A DNA stretch of 64,000 bases. Origin: Candidatus Latescibacterota bacterium (lineage in GTDB: Bacteria > Krumholzibacteriota > Krumholzibacteriia > WVZY01). The notes beneath the pieces were generated by a model. The model made no database searches and was not told the DNA's origin. It saw only the letters and a program-made list of their open reading frames with translations. Positions within the stretch are counted from its first letter, which is position 1. Every line of letters begins with the position of its first letter. The position numbers and the translations under genes were made by a program. The stretch is from contig CAWBQK010000002.1 of NCBI GenBank assembly GCA_963791045.1, positions 1 to 64,000 on the forward strand. The letters run 5' to 3'. Below, in pieces: positions 1-11,145 of the stretch.

Positions 1-2416
1 ATGAACGAAGCCGAAACCAGAGCCGAACACATCGACCCCGCGCTGAAGGCGGCGGGCTGGGGCGTGGTCGAGGGCAGCCGCATCCGGCGCGAATACCCCA
101 TCACGCCGGGCCGGATCGAAGGGCTGGGCCGGCGCGGCAAGCCGCTGATCGCCGACTATGTGCTGGTCTACCGCAACACCAAGCTGGCGGTGGTCGAGGC
201 CAAGGCGTGGGATCAGGCGCTGACCGAAGGCGTCGGCGCAGGCCAAGAACTACGCGGGCAAGCTGGCGATCCGCTTCACCTACGCCACCAACGGCCAGGG
301 CATCTACGGCATCGACATGGAGACCGGCAAGGAAGGCGAGATTGCGGCCTACCCCACGCCGGAGCAGCTCTGGGCGCTGACCTTTGCCAAGGAGGACGCC
401 TGGCGCGACCGCTTCGCCGCCGTGCCCTTCGAGGACAAGGGCGGCAGCCATCCGTCCCGCTACTACCAGGACATCGCCGTCGAGCGGGTGCTGGAGGCCA
501 TCGCCGCCGGACAAGCAGCGCATCCTGCTGACCCTGGCCACCGGCACGGGCAAGACCTTCATCGCCTTCCAGATCGCCTGGAAGCTGTTCCACAGCCGCT
601 GGAACCTGATCGACTGGAAGAAGGGGCGAGCCGACCCGGCGTCCGCGCATCCTGTTCCTGGCCGACCGCAACATCCTCGCCAACCAGGCGTTACAACGCC
701 TTCTCCGCCTTCCCGGAGGATGCGCTGGTGCGGATCGCCCCGGACGACATCCGCAAGAAGGGCAAGGTGCCGAAGAACGGCAGCCTCTTCTTCACCATCT
801 TCCAGACCTTCATGAGCGGCCCGCCCAAGAGACGGCGAATCCCAGCCCGTATTTCGGCGAGTACCCGCCGGACTTCTTCGATTTCATCGTCATCGACGAG
901 TGCCATCGCGGCGGCGCCAACGACGAGAGCAACTGGCGCGGCATCATGGACTACTTCGCCCCGGCGGTGCAGCTCGGCCTCACCGCCACGCCCAAGCGCA
1001 AGGACAACGTGGACACCTACGCCTACTTCGGCGAGCCGGTCTACATCTACTCGCTCAAGGAAGGCATCAACGACGGCTTCCTGACCCCGTTCAAGGTGCG
1101 CCAGATCGCCACCACGCTGGATGAATACGTCTACACGCCCGACGACACGGTGGTGGAGGGCGAGATCGAGGCCGGCAAGCGTCTACGAGGAAGAAGGACT
1201 TCAACAGGATCATCGAGATCAAGGAGCGGGAGGCGAACCGGGTCAAGCTGTTCATGGAGCAGATCGACCAGCGCGAGAAGACGCTCGTCTTCTGCGCGAC
1301 CCAGGCCCACGCGCTGGCCGTGCGCGACCTCATCAACCAGATGAAGACCAGCACAGACCCCAACTACTGCCAGCGGGTCACGGCCAACGACGGCGCGCTG
1401 GGCGAGCAGCACCTGCGCGACTTCCAGGACAACGAGAAGACCATCCCGACCATCCTGACCACCTCGCAGAAGCTCTCCACCGGCGTGGACGCCCGCAACA
1501 TCCGCAACATCGTCCTGATGCGCCCGATCAACTCGATGATCGAGTTCAAGCAGATCATCGGGCGCGGCACCCGGCTCTACGATGGCAAGGACTACTTCAC
1601 GATCTACGACTTCGTGAAGGCGCACCACCATTTCAGCGATCCGGAGTGGGACGGCGAGCCGCATCGAGCCGGAGACCTGCGACCAAGTGCGGCTGCGGCA
1701 GCCCCTGTGTCTGCGAGAAGCCGCCACCGCAGCCGTGCCCCGTCTGCGGCAAGCAGCCCTGCGAGTGCCCGAAGGAGCCGTGTCCAGGTCTGCGGCCAGC
1801 GACCCTGCGTCTGCAAGAAGAAGAGCAAGGCCAAGGTCAAGCTGGCCGACGGCAAGGAGCGAACCATCCAGCACATGATGTGCACCAGCTTCTGGCATCC
1901 CGACGGCACGCCCATGTCGGCGGCAGCAGTTCATGGAGCTGCTGTTCGGCAAACTGCCGGAGTTCTTCCAGGACGAGGATGAACTCCGAGCCATCTGGAG
2001 CGCACCGGACACCCGCAAGCGGCTGCTGGAAGGACTTGCGGAGAAGGGATTTGGGCGCGAGCAGTTGGCGGAGATGCAGAAGGATCATCGACGCCGAGAA
2101 GAGCGATCTCTTCGATGTCCTGGCCCATGTGGCCTATGCCGTCCCGCCCGTGACCCGCGAGGTTCGGGCCGCCAGTGCCAGGATCTACATCAACACCCAC
2201 TTCAGCGCGAAACAGCAGGCGTTTCTCGACTTTGTGCTCCAGCACTACGTGAGCGTCGGCGTTGAAGAACTGGACCAGGAGAAACTCACGCCCCTGCTGC
2301 GGCTCCGGTATCACGACTCCATTGCCGACGCCATCGCCGATCTTGGCCGCCCGGAGGAAATCGGAGCTATCTTCGCCGGATTCCAGCGGTCCTTGTATCA
2401 TGAGGCGGTTGCATGA
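1..2416 (+). CDS. hsdR: Type I restriction enzyme R subunit (EcoAI/EcoEI-like), split by indel errors
   Basis: N-term MNEAETRAEHIDPAL...ADYVL...VVEAK nuclease motif; Walker A LATGTGKT; IDECHRG; GLTATP; QIIGRGTR; EcoEI-R-like C-terminal domain; spread over several frames. Confidence 0.93.
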
Positions 2417-2432
2417 AAATCGGGAAAATACG

Positions 2433-2502
2433 GGCTAACAAGGGCTGCACCGGACGGCAATTCCGCTGCGCTCCATTGCTGCCGACGAGCTTGCCGTTAT
2501 TA
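2433..2502 (+). mobile_element. attC site 1
   Basis: R'' GGCTAAC (2433-2439), L'' GCTGCACCGG, central GGCAAT..ATTGCT stem, L' CCGACGAGC, R' GTTATTA (2496-2502). Confidence 0.85.
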
Positions 2503-2515
2503 TAGAAAGGCAGAT

Positions 2516-3703
2516 ATGAACAGATATGACCCGTTTTGGCAGCAGAGGGAGCTCGAGCGGCTCCTGGCTCAGACTAGGCCGACTTTCGACATCTTAAACA
2601 CACTCCCACGTTCGTTCTTTGACAGCATGCATCAGTTTGAGGAGTTGAGTCGGAAGTTCTCCCTTCCTCCGAGCTTTTTGACTGTCTCGGATGAGATAAT
2701 TCGGGCGATGGATTCGAGTAACTTGTACTCAAGCCTACCGGCATTTTCCCAAGTCGATCATGGAGTACTACGAACATTTGAGTCATTGCAGCAGCAGATG
2801 TCTTCTGCCTTTGCTGCGGTGAAGGGCATTGGCTCGACCCTCGATTCGATATCGAAAGCGATGGCGGACTCTCTAGTAGGGTCCGAGGCTCTAATTGGAG
2901 GGTTAGAGTTTCGACCAATGGACATGGCGGTTTTGACGAGAGCACATGATTCTTTTGAAAAATTCGCGTTGGGCAGGTTGAGTATTTCAAACACGGCGAG
3001 TGATATTTTTCGGGCGAATACATTATCTGCAATTGCTGAAGTTGCTCAGTTTTTGCCCGATCTCGCATACACATCCGAATTAAGCGTTCTTATGGCCGCA
3101 CCTGTGGTGGCGAAACTACAGGGATTGCCCAGGATGAATGTGTTTGAGGAGATCGATCTGGAGCTTGAGTGGCAAGATTTTCAAGTCCCAGATTTAGACA
3201 TTGCCGGTGCGGTTGAAGGATCGTCCGCATCGAAAATGTTAGAGGTTGGTGGGCGGTTGGTAAGGCTCGTATATGAAATCAATGTCGCGGCAGAACGATC
3301 CGGTGAGGGAAATATTTTTAAGCCAACTACCACGACCATGTATGCGTTCCATGTGGTCCCGACGACAGTCGCCTCGGAGGAAAGTCGATTTTTAGAAGTT
3401 GTAGACGCATTGTTCTTTCTGCTTTATGAGGGCAGTGGGGATGGTTCTCGGCTAACATCTAAGATTAATGGTCAGCGTCTTGGTGCGCTGTGGCTATTGA
3501 AATACCTTCGGCTTGGGGCGCGCCATGATCTTGACCACGGAACGGACTCTGGGGCCAAGAAAAACTGACAGGTCGGTACAGCCTATATGAGTTAATTTGG
3601 CAAACCAGTCCCGAGAGTGCGGGAAGACTGGCTTGCCGCCCAACGAGCTCTTTATGAGCGCGTAGTTGAAATGCTCGAGGATATTTGGTTTAACGGGCCT
3701 TAG
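2516..3703 (+). CDS. Cassette-borne hypothetical protein with C-terminal RxxxxH (HEPN-like) motif
   Basis: 350-aa ORF continuing after a frameshift near 3560-3600 to TAG at 3701-3703; LRLGARHDLDHG; bounded by attC1 and attC2. Confidence 0.65.
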
Positions 3704-3721
3704 TCGGGTCGAAGTGATTCC

Positions 3722-3820
3722 ATATAACAAGCGCTTTCAACTACCGATCGCGTTTGTCAGTGTCTTGTGGTGGCGCACAAGCCACGCCGGTCGCACTTGC
3801 AGGCGAAGCCAACGTTGGAT
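3722..3820 (+). mobile_element. attC site 2
   Basis: R'' ATATAAC (3722-3728), GCTTTCAACT / AGGCGAAGC arms, internal CTTGTG..CACAAG hairpin, R' GTTGGAT (3814-3820). Confidence 0.85.
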
Positions 3821-3840
3821 GCATAAGAGGAAACTAATCA

Positions 3841-5035
3841 ATGGCAAAGGTGAAAAAGAAGGATGTTCCTCCCCATATCGTCATTCCAGACACAAGTGTG
3901 CTCTGGCACGGCGACAAGAAATGTGTCGTTGCTCCAGTTTTTTCGACACCTTCTGGTTAAAGAACAGCAGCGAGTTCCATCTTGAGTTGGTGGTGCCTGC
4001 GGTGGTCAAGGGAGAACTGCTATTTCAACAGGTTGGCGTGGCACATCGAGCCACTGAGAAGGTCGGAGACCTCATGGCCAAAATAAGTACCATCTCGAAC
4101 CATAAGTACGCCAACAAAATCAAGCCAGACGACCTGAAGAGCAGGATAGAGACCCGTTTTGACAAATGGCTAGCAGTCTGCCATGGATCCCATAGAGGCG
4201 GTTCCTGTCAAACGAGTTGACTGGAACCGCCTCATATATGATTCGATATGGCGCGTGCCACCATTCGTTGACAAGGACGATAAGGATTTCGAAAAGGGCT
4301 TCCGAGACGCTCTCATTCTCGAAACCGTGGTTGAGTACTGTCGTCATCATGCAATACCTGACACCAGAATCGCGTTCGTCTGCGGCGACAAACTCCTTTG
4401 CGAGGCTGTTTCCGGTCGCCTGGCAGTTGATCAACGCTTTTCGGTCTATGAGTCGTTTCTTGATTTCGAATCCTATCTAAGCCTCACCAAGCAAAAACTC
4501 ACTGACCAGTTCATTCGCAACATATTGAGACGAGCTGGCTCAAAGTTCTTCACCAAAGGCGACGAATCATGCCTTGCTCGCAGGGCGGATGTTCCCGGCA
4601 AAATGCGGAAACAATTCCATCAGTATTTCAATGATCCTGCCTCTGCCCAGACTGATCCGATGGACATCCTATCCTCCATCGGTATCCAGTTCGGAGAAGA
4701 AGTGGAAGTATCTCTTAATGCAGGAATGAACTGGGTGGGCAGCACAGTTTTTGAACGCATCGAAAACAACAACACCTATTACTGGAAGACTACAGTCACT
4801 TTCGCACAGCTCTTCCAAAGAACAGAAACGCAATATGGAGGCATAGGCTTGGCTGGCATTACGGAAGTGACCAAGCAGCGAGTCTTGGTGCTTCCCGTAA
4901 CGGTCAAGTGGCGTGCCCGCGTAACAACTGACGCGCGGTTCCATGATATCGAGACAGAGAATCTGACATTGGGCGAAAAGGACTCCCGCGCTCCACGGAT
5001 GAAACCAGAAGTCCTTCGACCTGCGGAACATCAAC
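3841..5035 (+). CDS. PIN-domain protein (DUF4935-like), cassette-borne, frameshifted; end approximate
   Basis: ATG 3841 after GAGG; IVIPDTSVL, VVPAVVKGEL, KGFRDALILET, FVCGDKLL acidic PIN motifs. Confidence 0.75.
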
Positions 5036-5106
5036 GAAGCTATGGACAGCGACAAGGAAACGCACCTTCGCACCGCTCATGCTTCACGTCATGGAAGACG
5101 TTATAT
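5029..5106 (+). mobile_element. attC site 3
   Basis: R'' CATCAAC (probably one base short), TATGGAC / GTCATG arms, R' GTTATAT (5100-5106), next ATG at 5126. Confidence 0.72.
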
Positions 5107-5125
5107 GGCTTGAAGGGAATGCAAT

Positions 5126-6539
5126 ATGCAGGACTACTCACAAATGTACTCAACTATGTCCGATTATGAAAATCACTACGATCCCAGCTGGTTTATAGAA
5201 TACCCTCAAGTGGATCGAGAGTACATTTGGACATACCCGATTGCGCTTAGAGAAATGACTGGCCAGGCACTCTGGAACTCAACTAAGGATAACTTCGCTT
5301 CCAAGGAACTTTCTCTATACATTCATGTTCCGTATTGTCGCGCCGATTGCCCATTTTGCGCATTTATGAGAATACCGGCAAAATCTTCTCTCGATCTCAC
5401 CAATTATGCCGAATGCCTTTCATCTGAGATCAGGATGTACGGCGGCATTCAAGGGCCGACCACCTCAATGTAATCTCTGTATACTTCGGTGGAGGAACGG
5501 CCAGTTCTTCTTCAAAGCCTCATATCGCGATGGTTTTGGAGTCCATTAACAAATCTTTCAATGTCTCTGACGATGTCGAAACAACCATCGAGTGCCACCC
5601 TGACGATGTCGATGACCGCTATTTAGTCGATCTCAAATAGATTGGAATAAATCGCATCTCATTTGGCGTTCAATCCTTTCAAACTCGATTCTTGAAAGCT
5701 ATCGGTAGAAAGCAGGACTGCAAGCATTCACGGAATATCGTCAAGAAAGCTGTCGATATGGGCTTCCATTCCGTGTCCGTTGATCTCATGTACCGCTTAC
5801 CTGGGCAATCACTACTGGATCTGGAATCGGACCTCAATGACATGGCTGGTATGGGGATTCATTCCATTAGTGCATAAGCCTGGAAGGGTCGGCGACCCGA
5901 CTCGAATCTTCAAAGAAGTTCCAGCCATCGGATGAAGCCGATTTGGAAATGTTCGATTTCATACGGGAAGCCCTTCATCCATGGGTTTCCTACATATCGC
6001 TCAACCAGATTATGCACTGCCGGGTCACGAAAAATCGCTATCTCATGAACCTTTGGCGAGCACCGCAGGCTCACAATTTAGGCATTGGAGCAGGCGCTTT
6101 CAGCGGCCATTTTGCGGGCCACACGTTTTGCAACGTGCACTCGCCAGATGAATACTGCGAAACTGTCAAAGGTGGCCTTTTGCCTGTCATGCTTGGTCAA
6201 GCGATTGATCACAGAGAGGCGTTAGCTCGATATTTCGCTTTGGGAATTCGCTGTCTCATTATTCCGTTGGGTGATTTCAGCGATATCTTCGGAATTGCAG
6301 CAAAAGATGTCTTTGGCCAACAGTTCGATACTCTCAATCGACTTGGTCTTGTGGAATTCTTCAATGACGAGATGCGGATAACCAAGCTTGGTGAGTACTA
6401 TGTGGACAATATTTCAAAGCATTTCTATTCGGAAATGTGCAAAGGCAAAAAGCAACCCTGGGGTTGTTATCTCCAGCATCTAAAACCCAAGTCCTACTTC
6501 TCAATTGAGGCGGGACAAATCACGAAAAAGGAGGACTGA
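5126..6539 (+). CDS. HemN-like (class C) radical SAM enzyme, split by errors
   Basis: YIHVPYCRADCPFC (CxxxCxxC); YFGGGTAS; NRISFGVQSF; SVDLMYRLPGQ; LGIGAGAFS; HemN_C-like C-terminus. Confidence 0.88.
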
Positions 6540-6542
6540 CAC

Positions 6543-7028
6543 ATGAGCAGCAAGCTCGAAACAATAGTCACCGCTTGGAATGAATCTAGGACCATGACAA
6601 TGGAACTATCACACATCCTGACCCAAGAACAGCTCAGAAAGAAACAGGGGAGGCCTGGACTTAACACCGTTGGAATGCATTTATTGGAAATGGCGGACGT
6701 AACCCTGGCATACGCTGAGTCAATTGCGACAGGGAAGTTATCGTTCGGTAGGGTAAACGATAGCTACGCTGACGATCTACAGACACCGGACAAAGTAACG
6801 GCAGCGCTAACCGAGTCATCCGAAGCAATCGAAAGGAATATAAACGCAGCAGCCGGAGACCTGAAGATCAATGCCTTCGGAGAAGAGGTTTCGCTTGAAG
6901 AGATGCTGCTCACATTGATAAGGCATGAAAACATACATCATGGACAGATCATCGCCTTTTCGTACGCATCCAGCATCCCCATGCCGCAGTCATCGCATGA
7001 CAATTGGGCATTGCCAATGGATGAATGA
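6543..7028 (+). CDS. DinB-family protein
   Basis: 161 aa helical; TVGMHLLEMA and LIRHENIHHGQI motifs; RBS GGAGGA. Confidence 0.8.
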   Translation: MSSKLETIVTAWNESRTMTMELSHILTQEQLRKKQGRPGLNTVGMHLLEMADVTLAYAESIATGKLSFGRVNDSYADDLQTPDKVTAALTESSEAIERNINAAAGDLKINAFGEEVSLEEMLLTLIRHENIHHGQIIAFSYASSIPMPQSSHDNWALPMDE

Positions 7029-7855
7029 ATATGTGCACGAGAGCACAAAATGGAATGTTGAAAGCTATGGTGCACACTTGGGCAAGCAATCAATGAGTAA
7101 GGATTTAGATCAGCGTCACGAATGCTCAACGGAAATTATAGTCCACGATTGGCATCTCACTGGGATAGGCTTCGGTGACACACATTACGGGCCAACGGCC
7201 GAGTTTTTGGTCGCCGAGTTAAAATCCCGCGGTCTGCGGCCCGGATATTCGAAATTGGATGTGGCACAGGTCTGCTTGCCGAGAACCTGATTTCTGCAGG
7301 GGCAGAGTTCGTTGGATTATGGGATCGCTCCGGAGAAATGAGGAAAGTGGCGGAGGGACGGCTCAAACAATATTGGGGTGAGCCTGTTGAATGGATAAAT
7401 CCTGAGTCTCAGAGTGAAGATCAATTATGCTTCGGAGCATATTTAGGACAACGTATGTCACCATCGTTGTATGAGTTGGGCTCAATAATCGAGCATTCAG
7501 GTAAGATTCTAATTCAAGGAGGAATTCTTCTCCTTAGCTATTGGACGGGACGTGCGGCCAATTCCTTCAATGTAAATGACTGGCCGCCCGTGGACATTTC
7601 CATCAGACCCGAGAGTTCATGTATGAGGCTGAATAGTTGGGACTTTCTGGGACGAATGGGATCGATCATTGGCGCTTCGCCTGTCTGTATGTTGAAACCT
7701 CCGGAATGAAAGTCGAATTTGGTGAGTTTGAAATGCCTCGGTTGAAGGATGCAGACGTTGCAAACGAACTTATCGCTGCTGGATTTAAGCCATTTGAGAT
7801 ACCAAGGGAACAGATGGATTCAATTGGAATCACAGTTGCAGGAATAAAATGTTAA
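7021..7855 (+). CDS. Class I SAM-dependent methyltransferase, frameshifted
   Basis: EIGCGTG motif at ~7250-7272, DRSGEM, GGILLLS; overlaps the DinB stop. Confidence 0.7.
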
Positions 7856-7878
7856 AAGCTTCTGAGGGTTAATTCGCA

Positions 7879-9040
7879 ATGGCGTATCAAGTTCTGCTAT
7901 GCATGTCACATGACTTTTCATATTACAGTGTTTCCAGTGTATTGGCAATTGAAGAAGCACTGATCGAAGCCGGACATGAATGCGCGATTGTGGCCAATCA
8001 ATCACATATTGACCGCTTGCCTCAAAGAGATGGAATGCTTTTCTCGACACCATCGATTGATATGGAATCGCTGATCTCGTGCCCATTTGTATTGTCGTCC
8101 TGCGCAGATTATCTTACAGCAATCGGATTCGACAATTTCGAAAAGATCGAATTGACATATTCATCAATTGCAAATGCAATTGAGCGCTATAGGCCGGACG
8201 TCATTATTGCAGACTTTTGCGCCATAGGCTCAATCGCTGCTTGTGCGTATCAAGTACCCTTGATTACAACTCTTAGGTGGACCTACCATGCGACGCATCC
8301 AGAAAACCAGAATGATAAACATCCACGCGCGACAGCGGCACTTTATGCGTTCAACAGGCTTCTATCCAAGTTACATCTTGAAAAAACGCACAATCTGGCG
8401 GAGCTGATGTACCGTGACTCAAGCCGACTGATTGTTCCTTCCATTCCGATACTTGAACCGGGAATTGTAGATGGCCCCGATGTCCATTGGTTAGGGCCGC
8501 TCATATCGCGAAGATTGGAACACAATGGCAACACGGGGGGCTGGTCGGATAGCGGCCGCAAGGAGAAGAGACTGTACGTCTACCTTGATCCAGCCGTAAT
8601 CGACATGTCGGAGCAATGTAGGTTGCTATCTGAGGCGTTTGACGACTCGGACTGGAGCATCAGGGTTTCTGTTTCCAGCGAATTAAAAAAGTGCCCGAGC
8701 AAGAAGACAAAGTACTCAATTACATGGTTCGCCCCCCAGGTCACGTATGATTGAATTGGCGGATACGTACATTACTCATTGTGGTTCGAATTCAACGCAA
8801 ATGTCGATTCTCAAGCTCACTCCAGTGGTCGCTATTCCCGGAGACAGTTTGGAGCGACAGTTCAATGCGACCGTTTTGGAGCGATTGGGCTTAGCAAAAA
8901 TATTGGAATTGGGGGAGGAAGGTTGCACCCCCAGGATGATACGAGACTTATGTGAATGCGCTCAATCCCTCTCTCCGAATGAGAATGCAGTGAGCTGGAG
9001 CAACCACATTCAGAGATGTAAAGGTGCTCGTCGTTCCTGA
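7879..9040 (+). CDS. GT-B (GT1/MGT-like) glycosyltransferase, frameshifted
   Basis: AGHEC, RPDVIIADF, WLGPL, ITHCGSNS...PVVAIP...ERQFNA nucleotide-sugar-binding motif. Confidence 0.82.
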
Positions 9041-9068
9041 ATAGTTGCGCGCACATAGTTAGGACGAC

Positions 9069-11116
9069 ATGAAAGAATTCGATACGGTCAACAGAACTCT
9101 GAAATCGCTTGCTAGTAAAAAAACTACCACCAAGGAACATCGTGCAATCGCAAAGGAACTCGCGCACGCAAAGGATGGTGCTTGGTTGCTTGAGAATTTT
9201 GTTGATGCTGCGGTCATAAGCGGTGAGATGAACTCATTGAAGATTGCTTGCTGGATACTTCCAGGATGTGGCAACAGTGATGTGAAGGGCGTATGGAGAC
9301 GCTTTCTGTCAATCGCCGAATCAGATATGTGGGAAGTTCGGAAGAGGCCTCACATTGTTTTAGATTGCTGATCAAAGACAACCCGACGTACATTTCCACC
9401 GTTGAAAGGGGCCTAGGCAACTTAACAGTCAACCAGCTTCGCGCAATTGCAGTTGGATATGTTCGTTTCATGTCGGAAAGATACACAATCGAAAGAAAGA
9501 TCCTGCGTCGGATTGTCGAGAAGTGCCTGTCAACGGAAGACCGGAAGCTTCAGCAGCTTATCGCCCGGTTCGTGATCGGCGATTATCTTTTCTATTGTTT
9601 GCCACAGGAGGCGTTGCGTTTTACTGAATCATGGGCAAGAGATGGAAACTCTGCAGAAAGAGTGAGGCTATCAGCCGAATCGTTGGACGCCTCAAGCGCA
9701 TCGCAGTTCATGGGGCAATTTATTCATATCTTATCCACCATGATGCGATCGACAGATAAGTCGACAAGGCAAGCCGCCACTAGGTCGGCTAGGCGACACT
9801 TGATCGGTGGATATAAATACGATATTTCCAACTCAAGAGGAAGAGCCACGCTTAGTTCTTTACCTACTGATGACCCAATTCAGTCCTTTCGTGACCCTAA
9901 CTGGCTAAGACAGACATATGGGCAGCAGGTTATTGACAAATTGATTGAAATCGCCGTTGAAGTACCTACTCCGTTCACAGTCATCTGTGAAGGCTTGATG
10001 ACCTGCCAAATCAAGGCATTGCAAAGCAAATTACCCACGGACTTTGCTCTTCGGTATGGTGGTAAGGCATGGTTTCACCCTTGGATCGTTTCAGAGGTGA
10101 AGGCTTGCGGGCTTCCTGTATGTGTCTCAAGTAGATATGAGGCTCAGATCGCTCTTCTGCTTGGCTTTGAACCCCAATCTGTTCACTTCATGCAACCTGG
10201 TTGTGATGAATCCGACATATTGGAGGCTCAACGGAACGGTCTTCACATCTCCATCGACAGTGAATGGCAGGCCGATGTCATCTGTAGGTCTGCCGACTCA
10301 TCGAAGAATCGTGAAATCGGTTTGAGGCTTTCATTGTCTTATATCCCAGCCGCAGACGAGGCAGTTGTCCGTTCGACTTCTCCACTTAGGTTTGGACTGT
10401 CAATGGAATCAATCCCGCGCATCGTCGAAAAATTGCGCCGCCATGGATACAGAATAACTGAAGTGATGGGACATGCCGGCTCATTGATTTGGCAACCCAC
10501 TGCCTTTCTGTCCATTGTCAGAGAATTGGCCAACGTGGTTCCCTATCTTAATGACCCTGTCGTATTGAATATCGGAGGAGGGCTCCCATTTTGCTATGTC
10601 GATGAATGTGATCAGATTGATATTACCGAGCTTTCCGACATTCTCCTAGAAGAACGTCAACTAATCATGTTGAGATCACGAAAAGATGTGACTATTGCAC
10701 TTGAACCCGCACGAATGCTTTCAACTCCATGCGCTCTTCAAGTAGCAAGGATTACCGATATAAAACAAAGTCATAATTCATCCCGATTCCTGTTCTGCGA
10801 CGCTGTTCTGGCCTCACTAGGACTAAGCTTGCCTGTATCGATTTTAAGCGCATCGGGGGGTGGAGAAGGTTGGAACAAAGAAGTCGTCGTTAGCAACCTA
10901 TGCGCTCCTGACGACTCAATTTCAGAACATGTTACAGGTGAAGCCCATGTTGGTGCCCTTGCCGTAATCGGAGGCGTCGGTAGCTACGTGCTTCCTTTGT
11001 CACATTCTCTGCAAGCGCAACCAAAGTCAACTGAAGTGCTATTGCGATCCTCTGGTAGTTGGGCAGTGTTGCGCAAGCCAGTCCCGAGTCTTGCATGCTT
11101 TCTGTATGCTCAATAA
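9069..11116 (+). CDS. HEAT-like repeat region apparently fused to a PLP-dependent type III (LysA-like) decarboxylase
   Basis: Helical N-term (WEVR, WARD); from ~9850 YGGKAW (PLP Lys), RFG, HAGS, NIGGG, EPAR, NLCAPDD, GSY. Confidence 0.75.
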
Positions 11117-11145
11117 GCGTCTTACCCAATAAATGAGAAAGAGAA

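Noticed and set aside
5638-5640. In-frame TAG in the radical SAM gene as recoding (pyrrolysine)
   Set aside because: Non-catalytic position, error-rich region and no pyl genes seen; an error or true nonsense mutation is more likely and needs reads
9058-9064. GTTAGGA as an internal attC core splitting the large cassette
   Set aside because: No upstream inverse core or inverted arms; it doubles as the RBS of the next gene
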